DNA of 64,000 nt from an uncultured Candidatus Rokubacteria bacterium (GTDB lineage Bacteria > Methylomirabilota > Methylomirabilia > Rokubacteriales > CSP1-6): NCBI GenBank assembly GCA_963747235.1, contig CAVVEU010000017.1:64001-128000 (forward strand), in the 5' to 3' direction. The translations under genes and the position numbers were made by a program. Numbering within the stretch: position 1 is the first letter of the stretch; each line of letters begins with the position of its first letter. The notes below the pieces were generated by a model. That model made no database searches and was not told the DNA's origin. It saw only the letters and a list, made by a program, of their open reading frames with translations. Shown here one piece after another: positions 31,230-42,823 of this stretch.

Positions 31230-32253
31230 ATGATCCTGTCACGCATGACCCTGCTGATGTGCCTGCTCACCGCCTGGCTCGGTCCTGCCCGCCTCCGGCG
31301 AGGAGCTGATCGTGGCCACCTTCGGCGGCACCTTCGTCGACAACTCGAAGAAGTGCCACGCCACCGCCTTCGAGAAGGCCACCGGCTCCACCGTGAAGTA
31401 CGTCCTCGGCAGCTCGGTCCAGACCATGGCCAAGCTGCGGGCGGCCGGCGCCCGCGCGGAGTTCGACGTCGCGTACATGGACAGCCAGATCGTCAAGCAG
31501 GCGAAGGCGGAAGGGCTGCTGCAGCCGCTCGAGTCCGGGAAGATCGAGCACTGGAACGATCTCTACGAGGCGTCCCGGGACAAGGACGCCTACTGGGTCT
31601 CGATGATGTTCGCCGGCACCATCATCACCTACAACACGAACCTGGTGAAGACGCCGCCGACGTCGTGGGGCGACCTCTGGAAGCCGGAATGGAAGGGCAA
31701 GCTGGCCATCCCGGACATCTCGGGCACCTCGGGCCAGCAGTTCCTGATGGCGGCGGCGCGCCTCAACGGCGGCTCGGTGGAGAACATCGACCCGGGCTTC
31801 GAGGCGATCAAGCGGCTCAAGCCCAATGTCCAGATGATGTACACCCAGCCGGACCAGATCATCCCGCTCTTCGAGCGCGGCGACATCGCGCTGGCGGTGT
31901 GGTACACGGACCGGACCGGCGCGGCCGCCTTGAAGGGCGTCCCGGTGGCGGCGGCCTATCCGACGGAGGGCGCGATCGGCATCGTGCCCACGGTCTCCGT
32001 GCCCAAGGCCAGCCAGAAGCGCGACCTCGCGCAGAAGTACATCGCGGTCCTCCTGTCGCCGGAGGGCCAGCTCTGCTTCGGGCAGTCGCAGTTCGCCGGC
32101 CCCACCAACAAGAAGGTCCAGCTCCCGGCCGACCTGGCGAAGCTGGTGCCCTATGGCCCGCTCGTCCAGCGCATGTTCTTCCCCGATACCGACCTCGTGG
32201 CGAGGAAGTTCCCGGAGTGGTCGGAGCGCTGGGGGCGCGAGATCGCGCGTTGA
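31230..32253 (+). CDS. PotD/iron-polyamine-type ABC substrate-binding protein (frameshift near 31290)
   Basis: ATFGG, PTSWGDLWKPEWKGK, YPTEG. Confidence 0.87.
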
Positions 32254-32284
32254 TCCCCGGGGGCCGGCGGGCGCGTCCTCTGCG

Positions 32285-33396
32285 GTGAGCGGCGCCGCGC
32301 CGGCGCTCTCGGTGCGCCGGCTCCGCAAGTCGTTCGGCGCGGTGGTCGCGGTGGACGACGTGTCGCTCGACGCCGCCCCCGGCGAGTTTCTCTCCCTCCT
32401 CGGGCCGTCGGGCTGCGGCAAGAGCACGCTGCTCCGCGTGGTGGCCGGGCTCGTCGAGCCCGACGGCGGCGAGATCGTCCTCGCGGGCGAGGACATCACG
32501 CGGGTGGCCGTCCATCGCCGCAACCTCGGGCTGGTCTTCCAGTCCTACGCGCTCTTCCCGCACATGACCGTGTTCGAGAACGTCGCCTTCGGCCTCCGCC
32601 GGCGCGGGGTGCCGCCGGCCGAGCTGGGCCCGCGCGTCGAGCGCATCCTGGAGCTGGTGCGGCTCGGCCCGCTCGGCGCCCGGCACCCGCGCGAGCTCTC
32701 CGGCGGCCAGCAGCAGCGCGTGGCGCTCGCCCGCGCGCTCGTCACCGAGCCCCGCGTGCTGCTCCTCGACGAGCCGCTCTCGAACCTCGACGCGCTGCTG
32801 CGCGACGAGATGCGGGTGGAGCTGAAGCGGCTGCAGGAGCGGCTCGGGACGACGATGATCTTCGTCACCCACGATCAGGCGGAGGCGCTCATCCTGTCCG
32901 ACCGCGTGGTGGTGATGGAGGCGGGCGCGTGGAGCAGGTCGGCCGGCCGGAGGAGGTCTATCGCCGCCCGGCCACCGCCTTCGTCGCGCGCTTCCTCGGG
33001 CGCGCGAACTTCCTCGCGGGCACCGTGGCGGAGACCGGGGCGGCCGTCGTCGTCGCGCTCGACGGCGGGCAGCTCTCGGTCGTGGCGCTGCCGCGCCCGG
33101 GCCTGGAGCGGGGCCAGCCGGTGCACGCGGTGATCCGCCAGGAGGCCATCCGCCTCGGCGTGCCGGACGGCGAGGCCCAGCGTCCCAACCAGTTCGCGGC
33201 GACCGTCGTGTTCCACGCCTTCGCGGGGCAGGCGCACCACTACGTCGTCCAGCTCGCGGACGGGCGCGAGCTCGAGGTCGCCGCGCCCGGCGCGGCGCCG
33301 CCGCTGGCGCGGGGGACCCGGACGCGCGTCGAGTGGAGCCCGGAGGACGTGATCCTGCTCCCCGGCGGCGCCCCGGGCCCGGGAGGCGCGCGATGA
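32285..33396 (+). CDS. PotA-like ABC ATPase with TOBE domain (frameshift near 32930)
   Basis: GPSGCGKST, LSGGQQQR, VTHDQAEA. Confidence 0.9.
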
Positions 33397-34239
33397 GGCA
33401 CGGGCACGGCTGGTGGCTCCTCGCGCCGGCGCTGCTGCTCCTCCTCGCCGCGTTCGTGCTGCCGGTCGGGATGATGGTGCCGACCAGCTGTCCGCCCCTA
33501 CGTCCCGCTGGTGGGGATCACCGGCGGCTTCACGGCGCGCCACTACACCCGGCTCCTGACGGACTCCTACTACCTCGAGATCATCGGCCGGACCCTCGCG
33601 CTCGGCCTCACCGTGACGTGCTCGACGCTGGTCGTCGGCTACCCGGTGGCCTTCTTCCTCGCGCGCACCCGCTCGCGCTGGCGGAACTGGCTGACCATCC
33701 TGGTCGTGTTCCCGCTGATGCTGAACCTGGTGGTGCGCACCTTCGGCTGGATCGCGCTGCTCGCCCAGAACGGGCTGGTGAACCAGGCGCTCCAGGGGCT
33801 GGGGCTCGTGGATGGGCCGGTGAAGCTGCTCTTCAACTTCGCCGGTCTCCTCATCGGCCTGACCCACATCTTCCTGCCGTTCATGGTGCTGGTTCTCATC
33901 GGCGCCATCCAGAACATCCCGCGCGACGTCGAGGACGCCGCGCGGGTGCTGGGCGCCTCCTGGGGGAGCGCGTTCCTCCGGGTCACGCTGCCCCTGTCGG
34001 CGCCCGGGATCCTGTCGGGCTCGATCCTCGTCTTCGTGCTGACCATCAGCGCGCTGGTGACCCCGCGTCTGCTCGGCGGGCCCACCTACCAGGTGATGTC
34101 CACGCTGATCTACGACGAGTTCCTCGCCCGCCTCAACTGGCCGGCGGGCTCCGCGCAATCCCTGCTGCTGACGGTCATGGTGCTGGCGCTGATCTACCTC
34201 TCGAGCCGCCTGGCCCGGCGGACGGGGGCGCGCGCGTGA
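33393..34239 (+). CDS. PotB-like ABC permease (frameshift near 33490)
   Basis: VVRTFGW, EDAARVLGA, TPRLLGG, NWPAGSA. Confidence 0.88.
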
Positions 34240-35028
34240 CGGCGGCCCGGCTGCGCACGTGGCTGCTGCGGGTGTGGGTCGCCCTGGTGATGGGCTTCCT
34301 GATGCTGCCGGTGGTGGTGATCGCGCTTGCCTCCGTGAGCCGCACGTCCTATCTGACCGTGCCGCCAAAGGGGCTGACCTTGCACTGGTTCACCACGGTG
34401 CTTGGCGACGCCGAGTACGTGCAGGCGATCGGATTCAGCGTGCTGCTCGCGCTGGTCGCGACGGTCGGGTCTCTCGGGGCCGGGGTGGCGGCGTCCTTCG
34501 CGCTGCTCCGGCGGCGGGTCACGGGCGGCGCCGGCGTCGCCGCGCTCCTGAACGCGCCCCTCGTGTTCCCCGGCGTGGTGGTGGGCGTGGCCCTGCTGCA
34601 GTTCTACGCGCTGGTCCACGTGAACGGCACGTTCGTCGGCCTGGCCCTCGCGCACATGGTGATCACGGTGCCCTACGTGGTCCGGGCGGTGACCGCGAGC
34701 CTCCAGGGGATCGATCCGGAGCTCGAGCACGCCGCGCGCGTCCTGGGCGCGAGCGGGCCGGTCGCGTTCTTCACGGTCACGCTGCCCGCTGATCCGTCCC
34801 GGCGTGGCGGCGGGGGCGCTCTTCTCCTTCATCGTGTCGTTCGACAATGTCCCGGTGTCGATCTTTCTCCTGGGGGCGGGCCAGATGACGCTGCCGGTGA
34901 AGATCTTCACCGCCATCGAGTACGGGGTGGACCCGTCCATCGCCGCCGTCTCCACCATGCTCATCGTGCTCACCGGCGTCGGCCTCGCGGTCGCCGAGCG
35001 CTGGATCGGGTTCCACCGCTTCGTCTGA
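34236..35028 (+). CDS. PotC-like ABC permease (frameshift near 34788)
   Basis: PPKGLTLHWF, LEHAARVLGA, SFDNV, DPSIAAVS. Confidence 0.88.
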
Positions 35029-35053
35029 TCCCGCGCCCACAGAGAGGAATGCC

Positions 35054-35824
35054 ATGGCTGCTGTCGTCGCAGGCCGATTCGCCGGCCGGATCGCCGTCGT
35101 CACCGGAGCCGCCAACGGCATCGGCCGCGCCAGCGCGCTGCGCCTCGCCCGCGAGGGCGCGGATCTCGTGGTGGTCGATCGCGAGGGCGACACGCTGCAG
35201 GGCGTGGCCCGGGAGATCGAGGCGGCCGGCCGCCAGGTCCTGCCGATCACCGCGGACTGGACCGATCCGGGCGCGGTGGAGGCGGCCTTCGCGGCCATCC
35301 GGACACGCTTCGGGCGCATCGACATCCTCTTCAACAATGTCGGCCAGAGCGCCCGCGAGCGCGCCACCGAATTCCATCTGTCCGCCGAGGAGACGTGGCG
35401 CTTCGTCATCGAGGTGTCATTGGTCGCGACCATGCGGGCCACGCGGCTGGTCGTCGAGGAGATGCGGGCCCGCCGCGGCGGCCGCATCGTCAACATGTCG
35501 ACCGAGTCCGCCTTCTACGGCGACGTGGGGTTCGTGGACTACGCGGCCGCCAAGATGGGCGTGGTCGGGTTCACCCGATCCCTCGCCCGCGAGCTGGCGC
35601 CGTTTCACGTCAACGTCAACGCGGTGTGCCCCGGCGCCATCCGCACGCGCGCTCACGACCGCCTGCCGCGCGAGGTGATCGACAAGGTGCGCAACAGCGT
35701 GCCGATGGGCTACGTGGCCGAGCCGGAGGACGTGGCCGGCGTGGTGGCGTTCCTGGCCAGCGACGACGCGCGCTACATCACCGGGCAGTCGATCCTCATC
35801 GACGGCGGCCGGTGGATGATCTGA
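35054..35824 (+). CDS. SDR family oxidoreductase
   Basis: TGAANGIG, YAAAK. Confidence 0.93.
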   Translation: MAAVVAGRFAGRIAVVTGAANGIGRASALRLAREGADLVVVDREGDTLQGVAREIEAAGRQVLPITADWTDPGAVEAAFAAIRTRFGRIDILFNNVGQSARERATEFHLSAEETWRFVIEVSLVATMRATRLVVEEMRARRGGRIVNMSTESAFYGDVGFVDYAAAKMGVVGFTRSLARELAPFHVNVNAVCPGAIRTRAHDRLPREVIDKVRNSVPMGYVAEPEDVAGVVAFLASDDARYITGQSILIDGGRWMI

Positions 35825-35857
35825 CCTCGACCCGGGGACCAACCCAAGGAGGCAGGG

Positions 35858-36641
35858 ATGGCGGGACGGCTTGCGGACAAGATCGCGGTGATCACCGGCG
35901 GCGGCAGCGGCATCGGACGCGCGTGCGCGCTCCGCTTCGCCGCCGAGGGGGCGAAGGTGTGCGTGGCCGATCTGGACCTGGCCGCGGCCACGGAGACGGC
36001 CCGCCTCGTCGAGACGGGCGGCGGCAAGGCGCTGGCGGTGCGGACCGACACCACCGACGAGGCGGCGAACGACGCCATGGTCTCTGCCTGCGTGAAGGCG
36101 TTCGGCGCGGTGGACGTCCTGGTGGCCGCCGCCGGCGTCGGGAGTCCGCGTCCGCAGGCGGAGTCGGCGAAGCCGTACACCATGCTCGACATGCCGACCG
36201 AGCGATTCCGGGCGGTGATCGACGTGAACCTCTACGGCGTGCTGTTCTCCAATCGCGCGGCGGCGCGCTGGATGGTGGCCAACCGACGGGGCGGCAGCCT
36301 CGTCAATCTCGGGTCGATCATGTCGAAGATGCCGTCGGCCGGCGCCGCCTACAGCGTGAGCAAGGCCGGGGTCTGGATGGCCACCAAGTGCCTGGCCCAG
36401 GAGCTGGCCCGCCACGGCATCCGGGTCAACGCCATCGGGCCCGGCTTCATCGAGACGCCGATGACGGCGCCGCTGCGCGGCGACGCCGACCGGAGCCGCT
36501 GGGCCATGAACCTCACGCCCGATGGGCCGCTACGGCACGGTGGAGGAGGTCGCGAGCACCGCGCTGTTCCTGGCCTCCGACGACGCGGCGTTCTTCACCG
36601 GCGAGATCCTCCACCCCTCCGGCGGCGTCTTCGTCGGCTAG
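35858..36641 (+). CDS. SDR family oxidoreductase (frameshift near 36520)
   Basis: TGGGSGIG, YSVSK; C-terminus FTGEILHPSGGVFVG in shifted frame. Confidence 0.9.
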
Positions 36642-36728
36642 CCCCTCACCCTCTAGCCCCTCACCCTACCCTCTCCCCAGGGGGAGTCGCTCTCCCTCTC
36701 CCCTCAGGGGAGAGGGCAGGGTGAGGGG
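36642..36728. repeat. Composite palindromic REP-like element between convergent SDR genes
   Basis: Inverted partial copy 36642-36686 plus full copy 36694-36728. Confidence 0.92.
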
Positions 36729-36741
36729 TGGTGGCCTGACT

Positions 36742-37485
36742 TCAGTGAAACGTCCGTCCCCCGTCCACCGCCAGCGCGGCCCCGGTCACGAACGACGACT
36801 CGTCGCTGGTGAGGTACAGCGCGGCCTGCGCGATCTCCTCGGGCTCGCCCGGCCGCTTGATCACGTAGCGATCGAGGATGCGCGCCAGCTCGGCCTCCGG
36901 ATCGGCCGCGCCCGTCCACGAGGAGCGGAAGAGCGGCGTATCGATGATGCCGGGGCAGATCGCGTTGACGCGGATGTGGTAGGCGGCCAGATCCACCGCG
37001 AGGGTCTTGCCGAACATGACGAGGCCGGCCTTCGCGGCGCAGTAGGCGGTGCGCTGCTCGAGCGGGCGCAGCGCGGCGCCGGAGGCGATGTTCACGATGG
37101 TCCCGCGCCCGGCCTGCTTCAGCGCGGGGAGCGCGGCGTGGCAGACGAGCATGGGGCCGGTGAGGTCGATGGCCATGACCCGCGCCCACTCCTCCGCCGT
37201 CATCTGCTCGAAGGGCCGCATCAGGTCGATCCCGGCGCTGTTGACGACGCCGTCGAGCCCGCCCAGCGTGGAGATGGCCTTCGCCACGGCGGCGCGCACC
37301 TGCCGCTCGTCGGCCACGTCGCAGACCAGGGTCGCCGCGCCGTCCACCTGCGCCTTCGCCAGGCCCGACTCGTCGCGATCGAGCATGGCCACGCCGGCGC
37401 CCTCGCGCTGGAAGAGGCGCGCGATGGCGAGCCCGATGCCCGAGGCCGCGCCGGTGACGAGCACGCGGCGGCCGGCCAGCCTCAC
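36742..37485 (-). CDS. SDR family oxidoreductase
   Basis: TGAASGIG, YCAAK, VDGG; GGAGG before GTG. Confidence 0.9.
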   Translation of the reverse strand: MRLAGRRVLVTGAASGIGLAIARLFQREGAGVAMLDRDESGLAKAQVDGAATLVCDVADERQVRAAVAKAISTLGGLDGVVNSAGIDLMRPFEQMTAEEWARVMAIDLTGPMLVCHAALPALKQAGRGTIVNIASGAALRPLEQRTAYCAAKAGLVMFGKTLAVDLAAYHIRVNAICPGIIDTPLFRSSWTGAADPEAELARILDRYVIKRPGEPEEIAQAALYLTSDESSFVTGAALAVDGGRTFH

Positions 37486-38308
37486 GCCCGGGCCTCCGCG
37501 CGCAGCGCCGGGCCGCACCGCGTCGGCCACCTCGTCGCAGCGCGCGAGCCAGACCCGCGGGTGGCCGAGGATGTACTGGATCAGCTCCTCCAGCAGCGTG
37601 ATGCGCGACGGGCGCCCGATGATCTGGGGATGCATGGCGAGGCAGAAGTACCGGTCCTCGCGGTAGAGCACGTCGAACTCGCGCCGCCAGGCCTCGAACA
37701 CCGCCGACGGCGCCTGCATCGTCCGCCCGGGCAGGGTGATCGAGTACTGGAAGAACGGCGCGTCGTCCAGCACCCAGGCGAACGGGAACTCGACGAGATT
37801 GGTGAGCTTGCCGTCGATGCGGTGCAGATACGGCGAGTCGTCGTCGAAGTAGTTCGAGGAGTAGCCGAACCCGTACTCGGCGAGCATCCGCAGGGTGTGG
37901 GGGCTGAACTCCGCCGCCGGGGAGCGGTAGCCGACGGGGTTCCGCCCCGTCATGCGCTTGATGATCTCGATCCCCTTGTCCATCTCCTCGCGCTCCTGCT
38001 CGAGGCGTCAGGTTGACGATCCAGGCGTGGGACCAGGAGTGATGCGCGATCTCGTGGCCGCCCTTCAGGATCGCCTCGACCATGGCGGGGCGCTGCTCCA
38101 TGACGAGTCCCGGCACGAAGAAGGTCACCCGCAGGCCGTACCGGGCGAGCAGGTCGAGGATGCGCGGCATGCCGACCTTCCAGCCGTAGGCCCCCTGGCT
38201 CATCACGATGGGGCGCTCGGCGTTCTTGGGGTCGCGGCCGGTCCACATGGTCTCGGCGTCGATGTCGAAGCTGAGCAGGACCGGGAAGCCCTTGGGCGAG
38301 AGCGGCAT
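37482..38308 (-). CDS. Polysaccharide deacetylase family (PuuE/PgdA-like) protein (frameshifts near 38003 and at 3' end)
   Basis: SFDIDAE, HEIAHHSWSH, GYRSP, LDDAP, MHPQIIGRP. Confidence 0.87.
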
Positions 38309-38332
38309 GACGTGCCTCCGGAGCGAGACGAG

Positions 38333-39734
38333 TTAGAGGGGCATCGGGCGCGCACACGGACGCTCGCGCTCGAGGTGGCGGGCCAGAGCGAGCACGCGGC
38401 GGTCCCCGTACCAGGGGCCGACGATCTGCAGCCCGATGGGCAGGCCGTCCGACGACCAGCCGCACGGCAGCGAGACCGCCGGGTGGCCGGAGAGGTTGAA
38501 GGGCCAGAGATAGGGATACCAGGCGCCGCGGATCGTGCCGGCGTTCCTCGCCCGCGATCGTGATCGGCTCGAACGCGTCGTGGTCGACGGCGAGCGCGGG
38601 CCGGGAGAGCGTCGGCGAGAGCAGGAAGTCGAAGCGCTGGAGGAGCGCGTTCACGCGACGGTAGACCGCGGTCCGCTGGCCGAGCGCGTTCACCCAGTCC
38701 ACCGCCGACCACTGCGCGCCCCGCTCGATGGACTCGCGCAGGCTGGGCGCCACCTGGTCGCCGAACTTCGCCATGTGCGAGCCGACGCGCGCGGCCAGCC
38801 CGGCCTGCAAGCCGATCAGGAAGGTGCGCTCGAAGGCCGAGACGTCCTCCTCCAGCGTCTCGACGTGGGCGCCCTGGCCCTCCAGGTGGCGCACCGCGGC
38901 CTCGCAGGCTGCGAGCACCTCCGGGTCCACGAGTCGATTGCCGACGCGGGGCAGCCAGCCGAGCCGCAGGCCGCGCACCGCGACATCGCGCGGGTCGTCG
39001 GGCGGCTCCGGGCGCGAATAGGGATCGCGCGCGTCGAAGCCGGCGATCGCGTCGAAGCAGGCGGCCGCCTCCGCCACGCTCCGCGCCATGGGGCCGATGT
39101 AGGACGTCGAGGAGAAGAGATCGGCCTGGTGCACGTGCGGCACGCGGCCGAGCGTGGGCTTGAGCCCGACGATGCCGCAGCAGGAGGCGGGGAGGCGGAT
39201 GGACCCGCCGCCGTCGGTGCCGAGCGCGAGCGGCCCCTGGCCGGAGGCGACCGCCGCGGCGGCGCCGCCGGACGAGCCGCCCGCGGTGCGCGAGAGATCC
39301 CACGGGTTGCGCGTGACGCCGAAGAGCGGGCTGTCGGTCAGCGGCTTGTGGCCGAACTCGGGCGTGGTCGTCTTGCCGACGAGGATGGCGCCGGCCTCCC
39401 GCAGCCGCCGCACCGGGACCGCGTCCTCGCCCGGCACCTGGTCGGCGAAGATCCACGAGCCCATCGTCGTCCGGACGCCCTTCGTGAACAGGAGATCCTT
39501 GACCGAGAACGGCACGCCGTGGAGCGGGCCCAGGCGCTCGCCGGCCATCACCGCCGCCTCGGCCCGCCGCGCGGCGTCGCGGGCCTCGTCCGCGGTCACG
39601 GTGATGAACGCGTTCACGGTGGGCTGGAGGGCGTCGATCCGCTCGAGCACGGCGTCGACCACCGCGACCGGGGAGAGCTGCTTCGTGCGGATTTGCTGGG
39701 CGAGCGTCAGCGCGTCGGTCTCGGTGATCCGCAT
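38333..39734 (-). CDS. Amidase signature family enzyme (frameshift near 38545)
   Basis: [19 protein letters not shown]. Confidence 0.92.
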
Positions 39735-39790
39735 GGCGCGCGTAGGGTAGCACGGGCCCGCCGGCCCGCGCCCGCGACGGGAGCGCCGGC

Positions 39791-41149
39791 CTAGGGACTG
39801 GCGAGAACCGCGGCGAACGTCTCGACCAGGCTCTCCAGCTCGGCGTCGCCCATCGGCGTGGACAGGCAGCCGAGGCCGGTGATCGACATCAGCACGCCGC
39901 GCTCCATCAGCCCGCGGATCAGGCGCAGCAGGCGCGCCTCCTCCTCGGGCGTGGTGCGCGTGCTGCGGTAGTCGCTCAGCTCGCGGTCGGTCGGGTGCAC
40001 GCGGAAGAGCGAGCCCTGGCCGGTGACGGCGCCGGGCACGCCCGCGCGCTTGAAGCAGGCCTCGAGGCTGCCGCGCAGCTTGGCCCCCAGCTCGTCGAGC
40101 TTCGCGAAGGCCTCGGGCGTCAGCAGGCGCATCGCGGCCAGGCCCGCGGCCATGGTGACCGGGTTGGCGTTGAACGTCCCGCCGTGCGGCGCGGCCGGCT
40201 TGCCGCCGGTGGGATCGAACACCGCCATCACGTCGGCCCGGCCGGCCACCGCGCCCACCGGGAAGCCGCCGCCGATGATCTTGCCGAGCGTGGTGAGATC
40301 CGGCGTGACGCCGAACACGCCCTGGGCGCCCTGGTAGCCCACCCGGAACGTGATGACCTCGTCGAAGATCAGCGCGATGCCGTGGGCGGCCGTCACCTCG
40401 CGCAGCGCGCGCAGGAAGTCGCGCCGCGCCGGGATCAGCCCCACCCGGTTCGGGATCGGGTCCACCAGCACCGCCGCCAGGTGCTTGGCCTCGCGCTCGA
40501 TGCGGGCCACCGCCAGCTCCGCGTGGTTGAACGGGAGCACCACCACGTCGTCGAGCACCGCCGGCGGCACGCCGCGCGAGTAGGCCGTGCTGGCCGGCGC
40601 GGCCAGCGCGCCCCAGTTCTCCGGCGTGGAGCCGAGGGACACCTCGGCGTAGTCGTAGGAGCCGTGGTAGGCGCCCTCGAACTTGGCGATCTTGGGCCGC
40701 CCCGTCCAGGCCCGCGCGCCCTTGATCGCCATCATCACCGCCTCGCTGCCCGAGTTGGTGAAGCGCACGCGCTCGGCCGAGGGCAGGCGCTCGCAGAGGA
40801 GCGTGGCCAGCTCGACTTCTTCCGGCGTGGGCAGCGGGAAGGACGAGCCCAGCGCGAGCCGCCGCGTGGCCGCCTCGACGATCGCCGCGTGCGCGTGCCC
40901 GTGGATCAGCGCGGTGTAGTTGTTCAGGCAGTCGAGCCGGCGATCGCCCTCCACGTCCACGATCCAGCAGCCGTCGCCCGAGGCCGCGTAGGGCGGGTAG
41001 GGCGCCATGTAGACGGTGGTGCGCGTGTTGCCGCCGGGCATCACGCCCTGGGCCTGCGCGAAGAGCGCGGCCGACTTCGAGCCGGGCGCGGCCCAGCGTC
41101 GGGTCTCGGCGAGCGCCTGCGGGGACTTCACTCCGGGGATCGTGGCCAT
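39791..41149 (-). CDS. Class III aminotransferase (HemL/GSA-like)
   Basis: FTNSGSEA, FDEV, LGKIIGGGFPVGA, GTFNANP. Confidence 0.92.
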   Translation of the reverse strand: MATIPGVKSPQALAETRRWAAPGSKSAALFAQAQGVMPGGNTRTTVYMAPYPPYAASGDGCWIVDVEGDRRLDCLNNYTALIHGHAHAAIVEAATRRLALGSSFPLPTPEEVELATLLCERLPSAERVRFTNSGSEAVMMAIKGARAWTGRPKIAKFEGAYHGSYDYAEVSLGSTPENWGALAAPASTAYSRGVPPAVLDDVVVLPFNHAELAVARIEREAKHLAAVLVDPIPNRVGLIPARRDFLRALREVTAAHGIALIFDEVITFRVGYQGAQGVFGVTPDLTTLGKIIGGGFPVGAVAGRADVMAVFDPTGGKPAAPHGGTFNANPVTMAAGLAAMRLLTPEAFAKLDELGAKLRGSLEACFKRAGVPGAVTGQGSLFRVHPTDRELSDYRSTRTTPEEEARLLRLIRGLMERGVLMSITGLGCLSTPMGDAELESLVETFAAVLASP

Positions 41150-41182
41150 GGGGATCCTCCGGGGCGGATTATAGTCGCTCAA

Positions 41183-41237
41183 CCCTCTCCCCCGAGAGGG
41201 GGAGAGGGTAGGGTGAGGGGGGCGTAGGGTGAGGGGG
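41183..41237. repeat. Palindromic REP-like element with duplicated TAGGGTGAGGGG tail
   Basis: CCCTCTCCCCC-gaga-GGGGGAGAGGG-TAGGGTGAGGGG. Confidence 0.92.
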
Positions 41238-41288
41238 CGGCCTCATGAGCACACTTCGCCCGCGCCTTGTGGCACACTCCGCCTCACC

Positions 41289-42177
41289 ATGCCGACCACC
41301 CTGCGCGACCCCGACGCCCTGATCTCGACCGATGCCCTGGCCGCCCGGCTCACCCAGCCCGGGCTGCGCGTCTACGACTGCACGACCTATCTCGAGCCGC
41401 CCGATCCCGGCTCGGACGATCCCTACAAGGTGGTCTCCGGCCGGAAGACCTTCGTCGCCGGCCACATCCCAGGGGCCGACTTCCTCGACCTGCAGGGGGA
41501 GCTCTCCGCGACCGACACGAAGCTCAAGTTCACGATGCCGCCGGCCGAGCACCTGGCGCGCGCCTTCGGCCGCCACGGCCTGGGCGACGGCGCCCGCGTC
41601 GTGCTCTACAGCATCGGCTCCATGATGTGGGCCACGCGCGTCTGGTGGATGCTCCGCGCGCTCGGCTTCGACGGCGCCGCGGTGCTCGACGGCGGCTTCG
41701 ACGGCTGGCAGGCGGAGGGCCGCGCGATCGAGACCGGGGAACCGCGAGGGCTATCCGCCCGCCAGCTTCACGCCGCGCCCTCGCCCGGGGCGGTTCGTGG
41801 ACAAGACCGCGGTCCGTGCCGCGATCGGCGATCCCGGCACCGTCACCGTGAACGCGCTCCGCCCCGAGTCCCACCAGGGTCTCGAGCCCTCGCTCTACGG
41901 CCGGCCGGGCCGCGTGCCGGGCTCGGTCAACGTGCCGGCGGCGACCCTGGTGGATCCCGCGACCAAGCGCTTCGTCTCGCCCGCCGACGCCCTGGCCCGG
42001 TTCGCCGCGGCCGGCATCGCCCCGGACAAGCACGTGATCGCCTACTGCGGCGGCGGCATCTCCGCCACCATCGACCTCTTCCTGCTGCACCAGCTCGGCT
42101 TCGACGACCTCACGCTCTACGACGGCTCCATGGGCGAGTGGGCCAAGGACCCGAGCCTGCCGATCGAGACCGACTGA
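41289..42177 (+). CDS. Sulfurtransferase (tandem rhodanese, SseA-like; frameshift near 41745)
   Basis: GHIPGA, RVWWML, LDGG, YCGGG, LYDGSMGEW. Confidence 0.9.
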
Positions 42178-42192
42178 GGTCGGCCGGCCCGC

Positions 42193-42802
42193 CTAGGGGG
42201 TCTTCGGGACGCGCCGGTTCCATCGCACCACGTAGGCGACCACGCCGGCGATCACCGCGATGAGCAGCGGCGAGGGCCAGCCAGCGCTCCACCCGGTGAA
42301 CGTCGGCCAGGATGGCGGTGACCTGGTCCGCGAAGAAGTAGGCCAGCCCGAAGGCGAACGACACGCTCACGGCCGCGGCGCCCGCGTCGGCGACGATGAA
42401 CTTCCAGAACGGCACGCGCGCGATGCCCGCGGTCAGGAACGCCGCCGCGCGCAGGCCCGCGACGTGGCGGGCCATGGCGACGGTCTTCATGGCGTGCTGA
42501 CGGTACGCTGCCTTCAGCCGCTCCTCCCGCGCCGCCGTCAGCACCCAGCGGACCACGCGCCAGTTGAGGACGCGCTCGCCCCAGCGCCGGCCGACCCAGT
42601 AGAGCACCACGTCGCCGGACACCACACCCACAAAGCAGATCGGGAGCGCCAGCCACCACCGCGCGAGCCCTTCGTGGCTCAGGATGCCGGCGGCGACGAT
42701 CGGCATCTCCTCCGGGATCGGCACGCCCAGGCTGCCGAGCAACAGGGTGGCCAGGATGGCCGCGTACGTGAACCGGTCGACGAACTCCTGAAGGATCGCC
42801 AT
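42193..42802 (-). CDS. DedA family membrane protein (frameshift near 42262)
   Basis: GVPIPEE, GDVVLYWVGR, ARHVAGLR. Confidence 0.88.
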
Positions 42803-42823
42803 GGGCGACCCGGGCGGCGGCGT

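Noticed and set aside
36742-37983. Apparent deacetylase-SDR fusion (413-aa ORF)
   Set aside because: SDR has its own RBS and a GTGA overlap; likely an indel artefact
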